Notes: a model not told the origin generated them from the sequence alone. Shown: positions 24,050-36,554, numbered from the whole stretch's first letter. The stretch: DNA of 63,831 nucleotides, filler included, from Octopus bimaculoides (GCF_001194135.2; 4 parts of 4 records of this genome joined end to end with filler, not necessarily neighbours in it), one strand, 5' to 3'. A program made the numbers and translations.

Positions 24050-26330
24050 TACATTTAATGAAATTTAAAATCTATTCTCCACTTGTCAAGTATTGCAGTG
24101 CTTATAAGTTCAGTGTGGAGGTCAATGGTTAAATAATAATATATTAAACTGCGAATGCTTTCAAAGATATAGTTTCAGCTAGTTCTGATAGCGGCTATTG
24201 ATAGGTAATGGTTAGGACTAGCGTCTTTTATTCCCTCATATCTTACAGCACTCGCCATGGCTCTGACAATGCAACCTGTGAGTTTGGCATTGAATAATTG
24301 CTCAGCACTCAATCTCGGTGCCAGCACATCCGTTATTGGGCCTCTTGTAAATATCTATTCTACGTGCTTAACTAGCTAACCCAGTATTCTAGATTGCTCT
24401 GACTTTATTTCTTTACTTAATCTGAACTCCTATACTTTAATATTCCATTTCAATACTGTCCCCCATCGGTTCATGAGAATTGCACCGACAACTTGCTAAA
24501 TCGGTATCTGGAGGTTTAACGCACCGGAAAATATTCATTTAGCTTCCAGTCCGAGTCCATGCCTGTGAATCCTCTCTAGGTCAACCATGCAGATCACAGA
24601 TTTATGAACTATGACCAACCTACGCTACTTTTATCTACTGGCCTACAGAATACTCTAGATGTGATCCAGAAGACTCGATACTGTTTGAACATGTTCACAT
24701 TGGCGCATTCTAGAAATCGATCTGGAAGCGACTAAACAGGATTGTGAGCCTATTCCACTCCTTTTCTATCGGTTAAGCCAATCAGTCCAGTCATGAGTCC
24801 AAGATGGCATACCAAACGCCTACTAGCACTAAAAGGTGATATGTCCCAAGTAAACCTTCAAACATTTGAAGAAAGCCGGCACTGCCGCCCCAGTCACGCC
24901 GTTGGCACTAACTAATCTAAAAGCATCGCTTTCGTTATTTCTTACATCCAAGACTACCAACTCACCATCCGTTCCAGGAAGATTGTCCATGTCTGAAATC
25001 TGGGCCTTTTAAACAGCCCTACAATCCCGCCTCATTCCAGGTCGAGAGAGAAGCGTAGATCTCAAATTCGTCTAACATGTGGGCTAATGTGCGTGTGTCA
25101 GAAACTCTAGTGTCGATGGTGGATATCGCATAGAAACATAGTGACTTGTAGCACTTGAGTAAGAGAATTTGCTTGTAGGAAGACCCCCAGGCCACATTTG
25201 TACAACATGCTCTAATAATCGACATGTTGGATGGTAAAAGTTGAGAGAAAGGAAAGGTGTGGCGTTACTTATATTCACACTGCCGTTGTAAAGTTGATGA
25301 CCAGACCTCCGAATCTGATCATGCTTCCTTTTGCAACCTCATTAAAACTATGCTGGTTGCCTTTATATTAGGGGTCCCGAATGACATTGGGAAAATGTCT
25401 TTAATTCGTTCGTGCATCACCAGTAATATGCTCAATGAGGTTAAACATTCTAGGACTCTAGAATTTATAGTGTCGTAAATTTCTCTCCATGTCTCAATAT
25501 ATTTATTTCATTCTTAGAGCCATCAATTTTTCGTTTCTTCTCCTCAATAGCACAAAATTTGGTGTTTCGGTAATTCCTTACTGTTGTTGTGCGAGCTTTC
25601 CTTTTAGGGTGAGCTGGGTCTGTGAGAATGTTGGTGATGCTGATGCTAGTGGCGGTGGTTGTGTTGACTGTTTTGGAGCTGGTGGGGTGTTGCTTTATAT
25701 GTATCTGTGAGGTATACGTTTCATTATTTTTTTCTTTTGGTTTTTGTGGTTCTGGGTGTTCTTCCTCGTCTTCACATCGAGATACGATGATGTCAGTATC
25801 AAAGAAATCTGTTGTGGATGTGGATGACAATGTGTCGTTTGTATTTTCCATGAGTGTCTATATCTGCGTTTGTGCTTGGCAGAAGACAGAGGAAGATTTG
25901 GGTTGAGCAACACGTGGGATAGTCTTCTCTGTTGATTTTCTTGTTGATGTTGATGGTGACCGTGATGATTGTGTTCTTCGAGGGGATGTTGATGTTGCTG
26001 CCACTGCAGCAGCTGTTACTGATATTGCTGTCCGTGCTGTTGCTGCTGTTTCAGCTGGTTACTACTATCGCAGATGAAGCCCAGTCTGCAATAGCACGTA
26101 CCACCTCCATCGTCATTGGCATTATGGCTTTTTGTTGTTTGACTTTCTCTTCTGTTGCACCAGTGACTATTATTGTTGCTTTGCTTGTTTGCCTTGTTGT
26201 AAATGCTGTTATCATTATCATGGCATCAGCTTTCATGATGGAATCAGGGCATTACATTCTCATTGATACTTTTGTTTGTGTAGGCACAATGTCAGTAGAT
26301 GAACCGTCATTCGACAGATGTTGGAATAAT
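24050..26330 (-). mobile_element. Degenerate Tx1/L1-clade LINE: ORF1 (zinc-knuckle relic, low-complexity tail) and APE endonuclease
   Basis: Knuckle relic SNICRMTVHLLTLC at ~26285-26326. APE-like pieces KQILLL, DGELVVLDVRNNESDAFRLV, AFFKCLKVYLG, DWKLN..VVGAILMNRW..LK. Many stops. Confidence 0.7.
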
Positions 26331-26334
26331 ATTA

Positions 26335-26915
26335 AAAAATAGAGGCACTACCAGGATGTAAATGCTATACTATGGAAATTACATCAGTAATACAGATTTG
26401 TAGTGGAAACACGTGGTATATTTATCGAGTCGAAGCATTAGTAGAGTCGGAGAAATGTAAGAATTGTGGGACTTTCCTATTCAAACGGACAATAAATTAG
26501 AAAATAAGAGACCACATATAATTATTATCGGCAAGGAAAAGCGAAGTTGCTTACTTATCGACCTATAATACCCGTTTGATTCCAGAATCGTACAGAAAGA
26601 GGAAGAAAAATAAATCCCTTAAAGTTTGAAACGAGGAATTTGGAGCATGTGAACAGTAAAGGTTGAACCTACAATAATTAATGCGTTGAGAACAGTTATC
26701 CAAGGTATAGCCAAATAGCTGACGGAGATTGAAATGAAATACTCGGTAGAGCTCCTATAGAGAGTTTCTTCTTTTGCGGGATAGAGTATCGGGCGTGTTT
26801 TAAGCATTTCAAAGAATGCTGAAAAGTTGTGGCTACTCAAGAATGCAGGTAGTAACCCGCTGTCCACATAATCCTACCTGGAATATGCCCGAAACTGTGC
26901 CAAACGATAGTAATA
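26335..26915 (+). mobile_element. 3' end of an R4/Dong-like non-LTR element (restriction-like endonuclease) followed by (TAA)n
   Basis: RHYQDVNAILWKL, WYIYRVEALVESEKCK, LWDFPIQTDNKLENKRPHIIII.KEKRSCLLIDL*YPFDSRIVQKEEEK, KVEPTIINALRTV. The 3' region runs into a long (AAT)n tract. Confidence 0.82.
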
Positions 26916-26930
26916 ATAATGATAATAATG

Positions 26931-27020
<90 letters not shown>

Positions 27021-27064
27021 NNNNNNNNNNNNNNNNNNNNNNNNNNNNNNNNNNNNNNNNNNNN

Positions 27065-27076
27065 TTAATTAATTAA
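27065..27076. other. Artificial TTAATTAATTAA spacer inside an N-gap (also 52683-52694 and 62641-62652)
   Basis: The same 12-mer, with stops in all six frames, is embedded in Ns three times. Confidence 0.9.
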
Positions 27077-27120
27077 NNNNNNNNNNNNNNNNNNNNNNNN
27101 NNNNNNNNNNNNNNNNNNNN

Positions 27121-27544
27121 GTTGGGTCTTTCTTTACTCTACTGTAGCTACCATCACTTATAAGACTTGCCAATTTTTCGGAGTAGTCAGACTTGTTCAT
27201 CACCACTGTAGCATTTCCCTTGTCCGCTGGGAGAACTATGATGGAATTGTCTCCTTGTAGCCTTTTGATAGCGAACTTTTCTTCCTTGGTGATGTTTGGT
27301 TTGGGAAGTTTCGCTTTCTCCAGTACCTGTCTCACCTCAATGCGCTTGATGGTTGTCGCAAAGTTGAGACCTTTATTCAGTACGGCTTCTTCGGAGTCTT
27401 CCAGACGTCGGCTACTTACATTAATCACTGCTTTCACAGGTGGGTGATGGACTTCAGTCTTCATTCTCCGACCTTTGAGTTTCATAAACTTCTTAATCTG
27501 GCGTGTCTTCACCGTTTCAAATTCTTTCATGTACGATTTTCCTA
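27121..27544 (-). mobile_element. Penelope-like element fragment, region N-terminal to the reverse transcriptase
   Basis: Open frame ...VINVSSRRLEDSEEAVLNKGLNFA...PKPNITKEEKFAIKRLQGDNSIIVLPADKGNATVVMNKSDYSEKLASLISDGSYSRVKKDP, typical PLE motifs (LxKGLNF, NITKEE, ADKGNATVVM). Truncated by an N-gap. Confidence 0.9.
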
Positions 27545-27785
27545 GCGACCTGATTAATAATAGTAATAATAATAATAATATAATAATAATATAATAATAA
27601 TAATAATATAATAATAATATAATAATAATAATAATAATAGTAACATCGATAGGAATGAGAACCCAGGTTCGAAATTTCCCCCAAGACACCTGACGAAGGC
27701 TGGAGGGTATATCAGCCGAAACGTTGTGTTAACAACAAACAAGATGAGGACGAATATCCGTCAAATGTAAATAATGTAAATAATT
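27545..27785 (+). mobile_element. Hammerhead-bearing SINE-like repeat, best-preserved copy (tRNA head mostly lost)
   Basis: gcgacctg + (AAT)n + shared ~140 bp body (gagaacccaggttcgaaatttcccc...gtcaaatgtaaataatgt). The same body occurs at 91-220, 4023-4258 (-) and 4259-4436 (+). Confidence 0.8.
27685..27730 (+). ncRNA. Minimal type I hammerhead ribozyme motif
   Basis: GACAC (stem I 5') - CTGACGA - A - GGCTG/10-nt loop/CAGCC (stem II) - GAA - ACGT (palindromic helix III remnant) - T - GTGTT (stem I 3'). Matches the helix-III-less hammerheads known from Penelope-like elements. Confidence 0.7.
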
Positions 27786-28589
27786 CCACATCTCTTAAAT
27801 ATAGAACTGTATTATCTAATCGGTACGGAGCCGACATTAGACTTCATTGGAGACATATAGAGAAATTGTTTGTGCAAAACATTTGTTTCAAAATAAATTT
27901 TAAATTTGTAAGTGGGAATAAAGGAATAGCCTACAATTTTATAATTTTAAATAAATGAAAAGTATTAAAAAATTCTTGTTTCTGTAATTTGATTATTTGA
28001 CTATTAGTGCATAAAGTATAAAAGCGGCCCTCAAAAAAGGTTTCTGGGATTAAAGTGGCCCGTAATGTAATTCGAGTTGGCTAGGCCTGATCTAGACCAT
28101 AAAACTGCTGGCGAAATGCTATTTGAGAGATTCATATATGAAATTAAGTACTCAAGTGTTCTCATTAATTACTTTATGCAGCCCCATTTCAACTCAGCAT
28201 CGAAGATTTATGAATATTTGAAACATTCAGTTATTATAAAGTATTCCTGCTTTATTTCATACCAATTAAGTGACATGACATTACACTAAATCACATTTAT
28301 AATCTCATAAAAAAGGAAAGACACAAAGGAAAACGTTGTTCTAAAACAAAAACGATACAGGATTGTCACGGCTGGAACACTTTTTTTAATCACATTTAAA
28401 AGAAACTTGAAGAAATCATTGCAATGTGTTGATTGCTTAAGAAATATATGAGGTGCGAATTAAGTTCGATATCTAGACTACGAATCGAAGCTACAGATCA
28501 AATATAGTTCCCAGGCGCTACTATCTAGTCCACAATGTGAGAACTTCCGTACCTATTCATAGTAAAAATATCGTGAATTATCGAAGCAG

Positions 28590-29020
28590 CTTTCAAGTGT
28601 TAGACCAACCTGCTAGAAATAGCAGCCAAGTGTCCCTCAAATCACACTCTTAAAAAGTATTCACATAATAAGACTTAATATAAAATATCTAAAAAAAAAA
28701 AAAGCGGACTATATGGTCAAAGGTGGTATGCTTTTGATCACAGAGATGCTCGACTGTTGAATATTGTATTTAAATATAATTTCCAAGACAATGAAGTTGT
28801 AGCTGAACTGTTTCAAGTGTAATGATTTGCGACCTTACATGATCAATCAGCTAAAAATAGCGGATAAATATCCTTAAAATCACACCTTTTCGTCTTAAAC
28901 GAGGAAGTACACATTGGGTAATGTAGTCCAGTGTACCTGAGACGAGATTGTCACAACTGATACGCATCTTGATCATAAGTTTGTTCGGTAAGAACTGACC
29001 TGAAGCTAAAACAACAACCA
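28590..29020 (+). repeat. Two adjacent decayed copies of a dispersed repeat (gaaatagcagccaa..ctcaaatcac motif)
   Basis: The motif recurs near 41490-41695, 59270-59370 (+) and 56335-56530 (-). Confidence 0.55.
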
Positions 29021-29617
29021 TATCAGTAATAGCAGCAATAATAACCTCACCTCAGTGGATTCAGCGGAAGAATATGTATGTCACTCATTAGAAAGGGCAT
29101 TCAACCATGAAGTCCCTGCTGTATCACCATATGCGGACTTGTCTGGCATTTAGCAGCGTAGAAACTGTTGCAAAACACACGAGAGTACACACACATACGC
29201 ACATACATATATGTAAACACCAACAGTTGCACATACATACATACATACATACATACATACATACATACATACATACACACACGCACATACACACACATAC
29301 TGTATATTATTTTATTATCATAGTTGACAGCATATAACACGCACTTTTTCCCCCCACCGAAAAAAGCCTTAAAAAAGTCACCCTGCGGACTATATGCGAA
29401 GTTTGGCCTCCCATAAGCTTCAATGCACTAAAATTCTTTATCCTGAATATGCACTGCATAAATTGGTGTGCGCCTAATATGCCAGTGTACCCATTATTCC
29501 ATCAAATACAATATGCATAGCTTGCACTACGACGACATTGCCTCCGCTAGCTGTCGACAGATGACATTTTCGGCCCCTTTTATTGCACTCTCTGGCGCTT
29601 CTAGACACCAGTTATAC

Positions 29618-29653
<36 letters not shown>

Positions 29654-29771
29654 TAATAATTGGACGTGACAGCGGCTGGACGTGTTCTTCGCTGCTCTGA
29701 CCTGTCAGCAGCTGAAGAAACAGAAACACTAATACAACCCAACAAGACAACTGAAAAATAACTCTAAAAGA

Positions 29772-30403
29772 CTGGAATTTCTACACTTTCCTGTGAGTAT
29801 TTTGAATTTCCCTCAAAATAAGTTAAGAAACTTACATATCTACAGATTTCGAACACATAAACGATCAGCTTTAAAGCCTTTAATATCTACAACTTCTGTG
29901 AATGCCTAACCTTTTCTTTCCCCCTCTTTATTCCAATACAAACAAACACCTAAAAAAATTTAGAAACTTTAATATCTCCAATTTTGTGTGAACATTTTAT
30001 CTTTCCTTCTTCCCTGACTAACAGAATATGTAAACATACCTTTTATTGTAATAACACAATTAAATACACGATAAAACAAATTAAGGAAGTAAACGCTTAC
30101 CAATATATAAATATTGCACAACTACAAAAACTGTAAACCACAGCAAAACTTTTAAAAAGAAAAGAAAAATTCCAAAAGAAAAAGAAATTCAGAAATTAAA
30201 AAATCTAACAAGGTGAACATCTCTTCCTCCTACTATTCCCAAAAACTGGAATATCTACAATTTCCTGTGAATATTTTAAATCTTTCTCAAAACAAAATGA
30301 GGAAACTTACATACCTACAGCCTTCGAACACACAATCAGCTTTAAAAAAAAAAACATTAATATCTACAACTGCTGTCAATACCTATCCTTTCCTTTCTCC
30401 CTG
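29772..30403 (+). repeat. Dispersed direct repeat, two diverged ~150-bp units
   Basis: About 29772-29925 aligns with 30246-30403 (actggaat.tctaca.tttcctgtga.tattt...gaaacttacata.ctacag..ttcgaacaca...aatatctacaact). Confidence 0.75.
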
Positions 30404-30898
30404 AGTATTCGAAAATGTAAACATCATCCACCTTTTTATTCTATTTTATTCATCCTCTACACTAAACGGGAATATCTGTGATTACTCCTACCACAAAGCA
30501 AATATTTTGTTTTACTGCTTAGATTTGTTAATTATCCCTAGTTTTAGTCTTTCTTTCACATGTCTGTCACATATCTATGGTTGCCATTCAAGTAAGGTAT
30601 TGTGGCTTTATCTACAAACGCATGAAATCCTATATTTATTGAAGGCTTTGAATATTGTCATTCTCTTGACTAACACGATTCTTGAAGTCTTTCGTATATT
30701 TACGCCATTGCGTCACATCTAACAGTCAGACGTGTCATAAGGTCAGGAGGTTGTCTCGTTATTGCAGGATGACTTGTGAATATGAACGCTTCCTTCAAAC
30801 CCATCTGCACCTCCCAGTAATACAAACGTACATAAATCCACATATCTCTGAATCAAGGATTAGATAGTTTACAGCAACAGCTATAGTAGTAGTAGTAT

Positions 30899-30934
<36 letters not shown>

Positions 30935-32819
30935 CAGCTGCAACAGCAGCAACAGCAGCAGCAGCAGAGGCAGCGGCTCCACCAGTTATTGTTGAGCACC
31001 GGATCAAACAGACCTATGATCCTGGCAATCCAACCGTGATTATCTTGTTTCTAGTGGTATCTTGGACTAGACAACCAAGTAAGACGTTAAAAAGCTTGGG
31101 AGTTTGGGGGCGGTGAATATAGAGCTACTCCTTAAACAACATACACCCAGGTCCGGCCTAGTCCGGAGTGATGGTACCTATCAAGGTCACAACTAAGAGT
31201 CAAATAGTAGAAGAGAGTTCTGTGGAAAAAACATATAGGACTCGGAACAGAGCAGCCCCTAGACATGTGTTACACAGACCACTGCTATACGGGCATGCCT
31301 CGATTTCATGTGAATCAGTCCGCTGATCAAGAGGTTAAGTAGACACTGTTCTTCAAGGGTAAGCTCGGGAGATCAGGTAGCTAACAGAGTTAGATGTAAA
31401 TATATTGACGAAAAGCAACAGGTAACCACTGTTGTATCTTTCTCAAGCAAGATCGTAAATCTTTACACTTTAGCATGTAGGGTGTCCATGATCGCAGACG
31501 CACACGAAGAAAGAAAGAAACAAACAAACAAAGAAACAAACAAACAAACAGAGGGAGGACTAGTTTATCTAACGGCCGGGTATGATTTGAGAGAGATGTA
31601 GTCGAGCAACCACATAATGGTTCCCTTGTTGGTTCGTATATTATCTGACTGATTAGTAGCCATATGTTTATCATATGTGTTAACAAAGTACTGGACTATA
31701 TCTAAATAATCCTTACATGTCATAATTGTCCATTGCAAGAATGGTTGTGTGGAAAGCCTCAGGTGTCATTTGATTCGAGATAACTTGAAAAGGTTATATA
31801 ATTTCGTTGTTATTTATTGGTTATTTTTCTGCCAACGTTGACTTTGCCTTTCATTTTTCCGGGGTCGATAACATAAGTACAAGTGAAGAACTGGGGTCGA
31901 TGTAATCGACTTATCCCTCCCTGAAAAACTGCTGGTCCTATGCGAAATTTTGAAACTGTTATGTTGGTTATCATGAAATCAGAAAATTGGCAGAACCATC
32001 AGACGTTCGCAAAATATGCCTTTTGGTATTTGCTTTTGTTCTTTACTTTCTGAATTCCATATCCGCCTTTCCTTCTTCTACGGTCAATAAAATAAAATAG
32101 CGGCCAAGTACTGGGGCCGATGATATCGACTTAACCATTTATCATTGGTCATGTGCCAAAACTAGAAACAGTATTAGGGATATGATTAACTTTTGTTAAA
32201 TTAGTATCATTGTATTTAATACAGTCGACATTCAAAATTTAATTAGAAATTATTGCGTGGTACGTAAAAGTTAATATTAATGAACTAATATTGCTTCAAT
32301 TATTCCGACATGTACGGGAAACAACTTTGGACACATTCCGGTACTATTAGATTTCCTCAGTGAAACATAGACTTCACTCTACTTTAGCCACATTAATATA
32401 TACATTCATAGAAGGCGGCGAGCTTGCAGAATTGTTAGCATACCAGGCAAAATGATTGGTGGCATATCGTCCGTCCTTACGTTTGGAGTTCAAATTCCGA
32501 AGTTCGACTCTGTCTTTCATCCTTTCAGAATTGATAAAATAAATAAGTACCAGTTGAGCACTGGGACCATTGTAATCGACTTAGCCCCTGCCCCGAAATC
32601 GCTAACCTTGTGTCAAAATTTGAAACCAACATATAAATTCATATGAACGCTTCTTCTGTTACAAAAAATAACTGGAGAGATATCATAACTAGGGTATTAC
32701 ACTCACCAACACAGACACAAACTAAACACTGGACATTAGAGGAATAACAATGGTACTTTTATTGATAAACTAAATCCTTTTATCAACAACTTGTATGAGC
32801 CCTGCGACGATAATTGGTT

Positions 32820-33195
32820 TGTATAGGCACAGGCACGGCGGTATGTTTAAGAAGCGCCTTTGCAACCGCGTGGTTTCAGATTCAGTCCCACTGCGCGGTA
32901 ACATGGGCGTCTTCCAATATAGACCAGGACCGACCAATAACTTGAGAGTTAATTTGGTAGACGGAAACTACCTAGAAGCCCATTGTGTGTGGGTGTGTGT
33001 GTGCTCGTGTTTCTCACCCAACCATCGCTTGACAGTCGGTATTGGTCTATTTACGTCACCGTAACTTAGCGGTTCGCAAAACGTTTTCGACTTAAAAAAA
33101 GAATACTGGGGTCGATTTGCTCGCCTAAACCATTCAAAGATGTGCCCCAGCAAAGCCACAGTCCAATGACTGAAACCAGTAAAAGATAACACTAC
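32820..33195 (+). mobile_element. SINE family A, diverged copy
   Basis: Shares ttcagtcccactgcg, tttggtagacggaaac, gtaacttagcggttc and atgactgaaac blocks. Confidence 0.75.
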
Positions 33196-33205
33196 CAGTA
33201 TGTAT

Positions 33206-33420
33206 GGCGGCGAGCTGGCAGAATCGTTAGCACGCCGGGAGAAATGCTTAGCAGTATTTCGTCTGCCGCTACGTTCTGAGTTCAAATTCCGCCGAGGTTG
33301 ACTTTACCTTTTATCTTTTTGGTGTCGATAAATTAAGTACTAATTACATACTGGGGTCGATCTAATCGACTGGCCCCGGCCACGAAAATTTGGAGCCTTG
33401 TGCCCTGAGTAGAAAAAAAA
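33206..33420 (+). mobile_element. tRNA-derived SINE family B
   Basis: ggcggcgagctggcagaatcgttagc..gagttcaaattcc (B box)..ctggggtcgat. Further copies at about 4476-4672, 31825-31960, 32045-32170, 32414-32630 (+) and 41205-41345, 46090-46275 (-). Confidence 0.85.
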
Positions 33421-33764
33421 ATACTACTAATTTGTACACGCCGAATCCTATGGTTCCTAAATATCAATGAAGATCAAAGCTAAGTTTATTCTAAGTTGTT
33501 TTTTTTCTTCATAAAGCTGGAACATTGTTAGGTTTGGATATAAGCATTAAAAAAACTGTTTTGGTTTTATTTCAAAACTACTTTGAAGTGACTTTCTAAA
33601 ATGTACGTTTGCACGTGTGTATAAATGTATGCATGTATGTATATATATTTGTGTACGTACACACACACATACACTCATATATAGGGATGTGTATGTATGT
33701 ATGTTTGTACCTATATATCTCCACATATATGTTTATATACACACACACACATATATGTTTATAT

Positions 33765-33876
<112 letters not shown>

Positions 33877-34151
33877 ACATATATATATATATATACATAC
33901 ACACACACACATATATATATAGACATGCACGCACACACACACACACATGCACGCGCACACACACATGCACACACACATACATATATACACACACATACAA
34001 ACATATATGTGGAGAGAGATGTGTGGGTACGTGTGTATGTATATGTACGTGTATGAATGTAAGCCAATAGACGTATGTACTAAGAAAATTTATGTAGATA
34101 TTAAAAGTTGTATCAGTTTTAAAAGCTGTTGTACGTGTGCGTGTGTGTTTT

Positions 34152-34227
<76 letters not shown>

Positions 34228-34696
34228 CATTATATGTTTATGTGACTTTGGCAGATCTCCACATAGTACACGCAAAAACACCGCGTAGGCACACACGCCC
34301 ACTCATACGCAAATATATTCTTAACGTGTTTATGATCATCATCATCATCATCATCATCATCACTATCATCATCGTCGTCGTCGTCGTCGTCATCATCCGA
34401 CATGACATGATGATAGATATTTATTACACCAAACAACTCTCACAGGGCTTCAGCGTATGTGTGTGTATATATGTGTGTGTGTATATATTTGTGTGTATGT
34501 GTGTAGTGTGAGTGTGTGTACATTCATGCATATATAGATACATACATATATATATAGTATTATATAAAGATACATACCTATGTATAATATACAAGGAATG
34601 GACGGTATATGTTCGCAATTTTCAACTGCTAATTTTATGCATATTTTTTTTTTAATAGTTTCACTTTTGTTTTAGTTCTTGGCAGAATAATTGACT

Positions 34697-35738
34697 ATGG
34701 AAAAATTTGAAATACCCCACCCCGCAAAAAAAATCATGGAAGACGTATGAAGTTCTGCTTGAAACCGCGCCAGAAGGACATACATGGAGATTTCGGACTT
34801 CCTCAATGTCAGTAGAGGGAGGGTACAAAAGGTCAGAAAGGGGCTGGAAGATTCAGGATTCGACTACGAGGCGCCAGCAGAAAGGGTTACCCATGACCGA
34901 CAGCAGAAAGTGTGACCCATCAGAACCCCGAAATTTGTCTATGAAATCCGAGAAATCAACAACAATAATCCCAGCAAGTTGATTCATGCGATTGCCAAGG
35001 AGAAAGATGTGGACGAAAAATTCATCAGATAGGTGATATATAAGGACACTTGCTACTTCTCGTACAATATGAGGAAGGGACAATTTCTGCAGGAAAACTA
35101 ACTCGAGATCATCAAGAAACTGATCAACAAGCTGAAATACCTGTTGGAGCCAGATATGCTGTGGTTCTTCTCCGACGAGAAGAATTTCTACCAACACCAA
35201 GAACAACAGGTTGCTCGCTGTTTCACGCAAGGACGTGCCTGGTGTCATACAGACAAAATTTTCTGCAACAGTCATGATCTTCGGTGTCATCAGCACTGAA
35301 GGTGACGTCATCCTACATCACTTCTTTCCTGAGCGCCTAAGTCTGAATACCAACAGTTACATCCGTATTCTGACGAGGTAGTGAAGGCCTTGATCGACCG
35401 GGTAGCTGCAGGGAGGTCGTACATGTGGCAGCAAGACTCTGCGCCTGGCCACACCTGCCCGAAAACCCAGGCCTGATTGTCAGATAATATCTTCGATCAC
35501 ACAGCATCTGACATTTGGACTCACAACTTGCCTGACTGCAATCACCTCGACTTCTTTGTGCGAGGCGCGCGGGAACAAGAGACCAACAAATCCATACTGC
35601 AACACGAAGAACAAGCTGAGAGCCAGGATTGCCAGGGCCTTCAAGGGCCTAAAAAAGGAAATATTGATGAAAGCCTGAGGCCGGTTCCGAGGACGCCTGG
35701 AGGCTGTCATCGTGGCCAAAGGCGGGTTCATCGAATGA
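34697..35738 (+). mobile_element. Degenerate Tc1/mariner transposase, maT/DD37D-like
   Basis: LNVSRGRVQKVRK, WFFSDEKNF, TKFSATVMIFGVISTEGDV, YMWQQDSAPGHT, NLPDCNHLDFFV, RFRGRLEAVIVAKGGFIE*, with several stops and frameshifts. Confidence 0.88.
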
Positions 35739-35759
35739 GATAGATAGAACATGTCATGA

Positions 35760-36081
35760 AGACAAACTACCCTAAATTTGACGAATCACAAAGAAAATGT
35801 ACACCCACACACATCTTTGTCAACAAACCGGACAATCAACAAATTGGGTTGATCATTGGTCCCATCCACTTTTCAACTTGGATCTAGTGCCCTCCGACAT
35901 TCACTTTTTGATCCTATAAAGGGCAGTGATAAGAGAAAACAAGTTGTAGTCATAAACGAGATGAAAATGGCAATGAAGAAGGGAATACAAAAGTGGATGC
36001 AAGAATTCTGTCAAAGAATATTCGAGTGTCTGGCTCAACGTTGGCGCAACGATAGCTTGTAATGCAGACTATGTTGAGTAG
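35760..36081 (+). mobile_element. Mariner (DD34D-type) transposase C-terminal fragment
   Basis: HPLFNLDLVPSDIHFL (cf. HPPYSPDLAPSDxHLF), LAQRW, ADYVE*. Confidence 0.65.
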
Positions 36082-36122
36082 TACCTTTGTAAAGGTATAT
36101 ACACACGCACACACGCACACAC

Positions 36123-36221
<99 letters not shown>

Positions 36222-36289
36222 AACACATAAGGTTCATTACAATTGTTTCAGTAGCATTATTTTTATTGTTGAATAGTTCCATTACTATT

Positions 36290-36550
36290 ATGACATCTTG
36301 AAACATATCCGCTTTCATCAGGCGATTTTAAACTTACACAGAAGAGAATACAAATTGACCCGGCTTTGGCAAGCATCGTCAAAGCGAGTGAGAATATATG
36401 AAGAGCTCTTCATAGTCATGACTACATGTGAAAAGTTCTTCTTATGTACTTAGTTGCTTTGACGATGCCTGGCAAGGCGGGTCAATTGGTATTTTCTTTT
36501 CCTACGTAAATTTAAATCCATCTGATGAAAGCGGAATTTGTTCATGATAT
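36290..36550. repeat. Foldback with ~90-bp arms and palindromic spacer
   Basis: About 36300-36387 pairs with 36454-36543. The spacer holds perfect palindromes atgaagagctcttcat (36398-36413) and tagtcatgacta (36413-36424). Confidence 0.85.
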
Positions 36551-36554
36551 AATA

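Noticed and set aside
25465-26342. Thr/Ser-rich ORFs as a host mucin-like gene
   Set aside because: They lie between a zinc-knuckle relic and APE endonuclease remnants on the same strand, so they are better explained as Tx1-like ORF1.
27065-27076. Recurrent TTAATTAATTAA motif (three copies) as a biological signal
   Set aside because: It always sits inside N-runs and has stops in all frames, so it is an assembly spacer.
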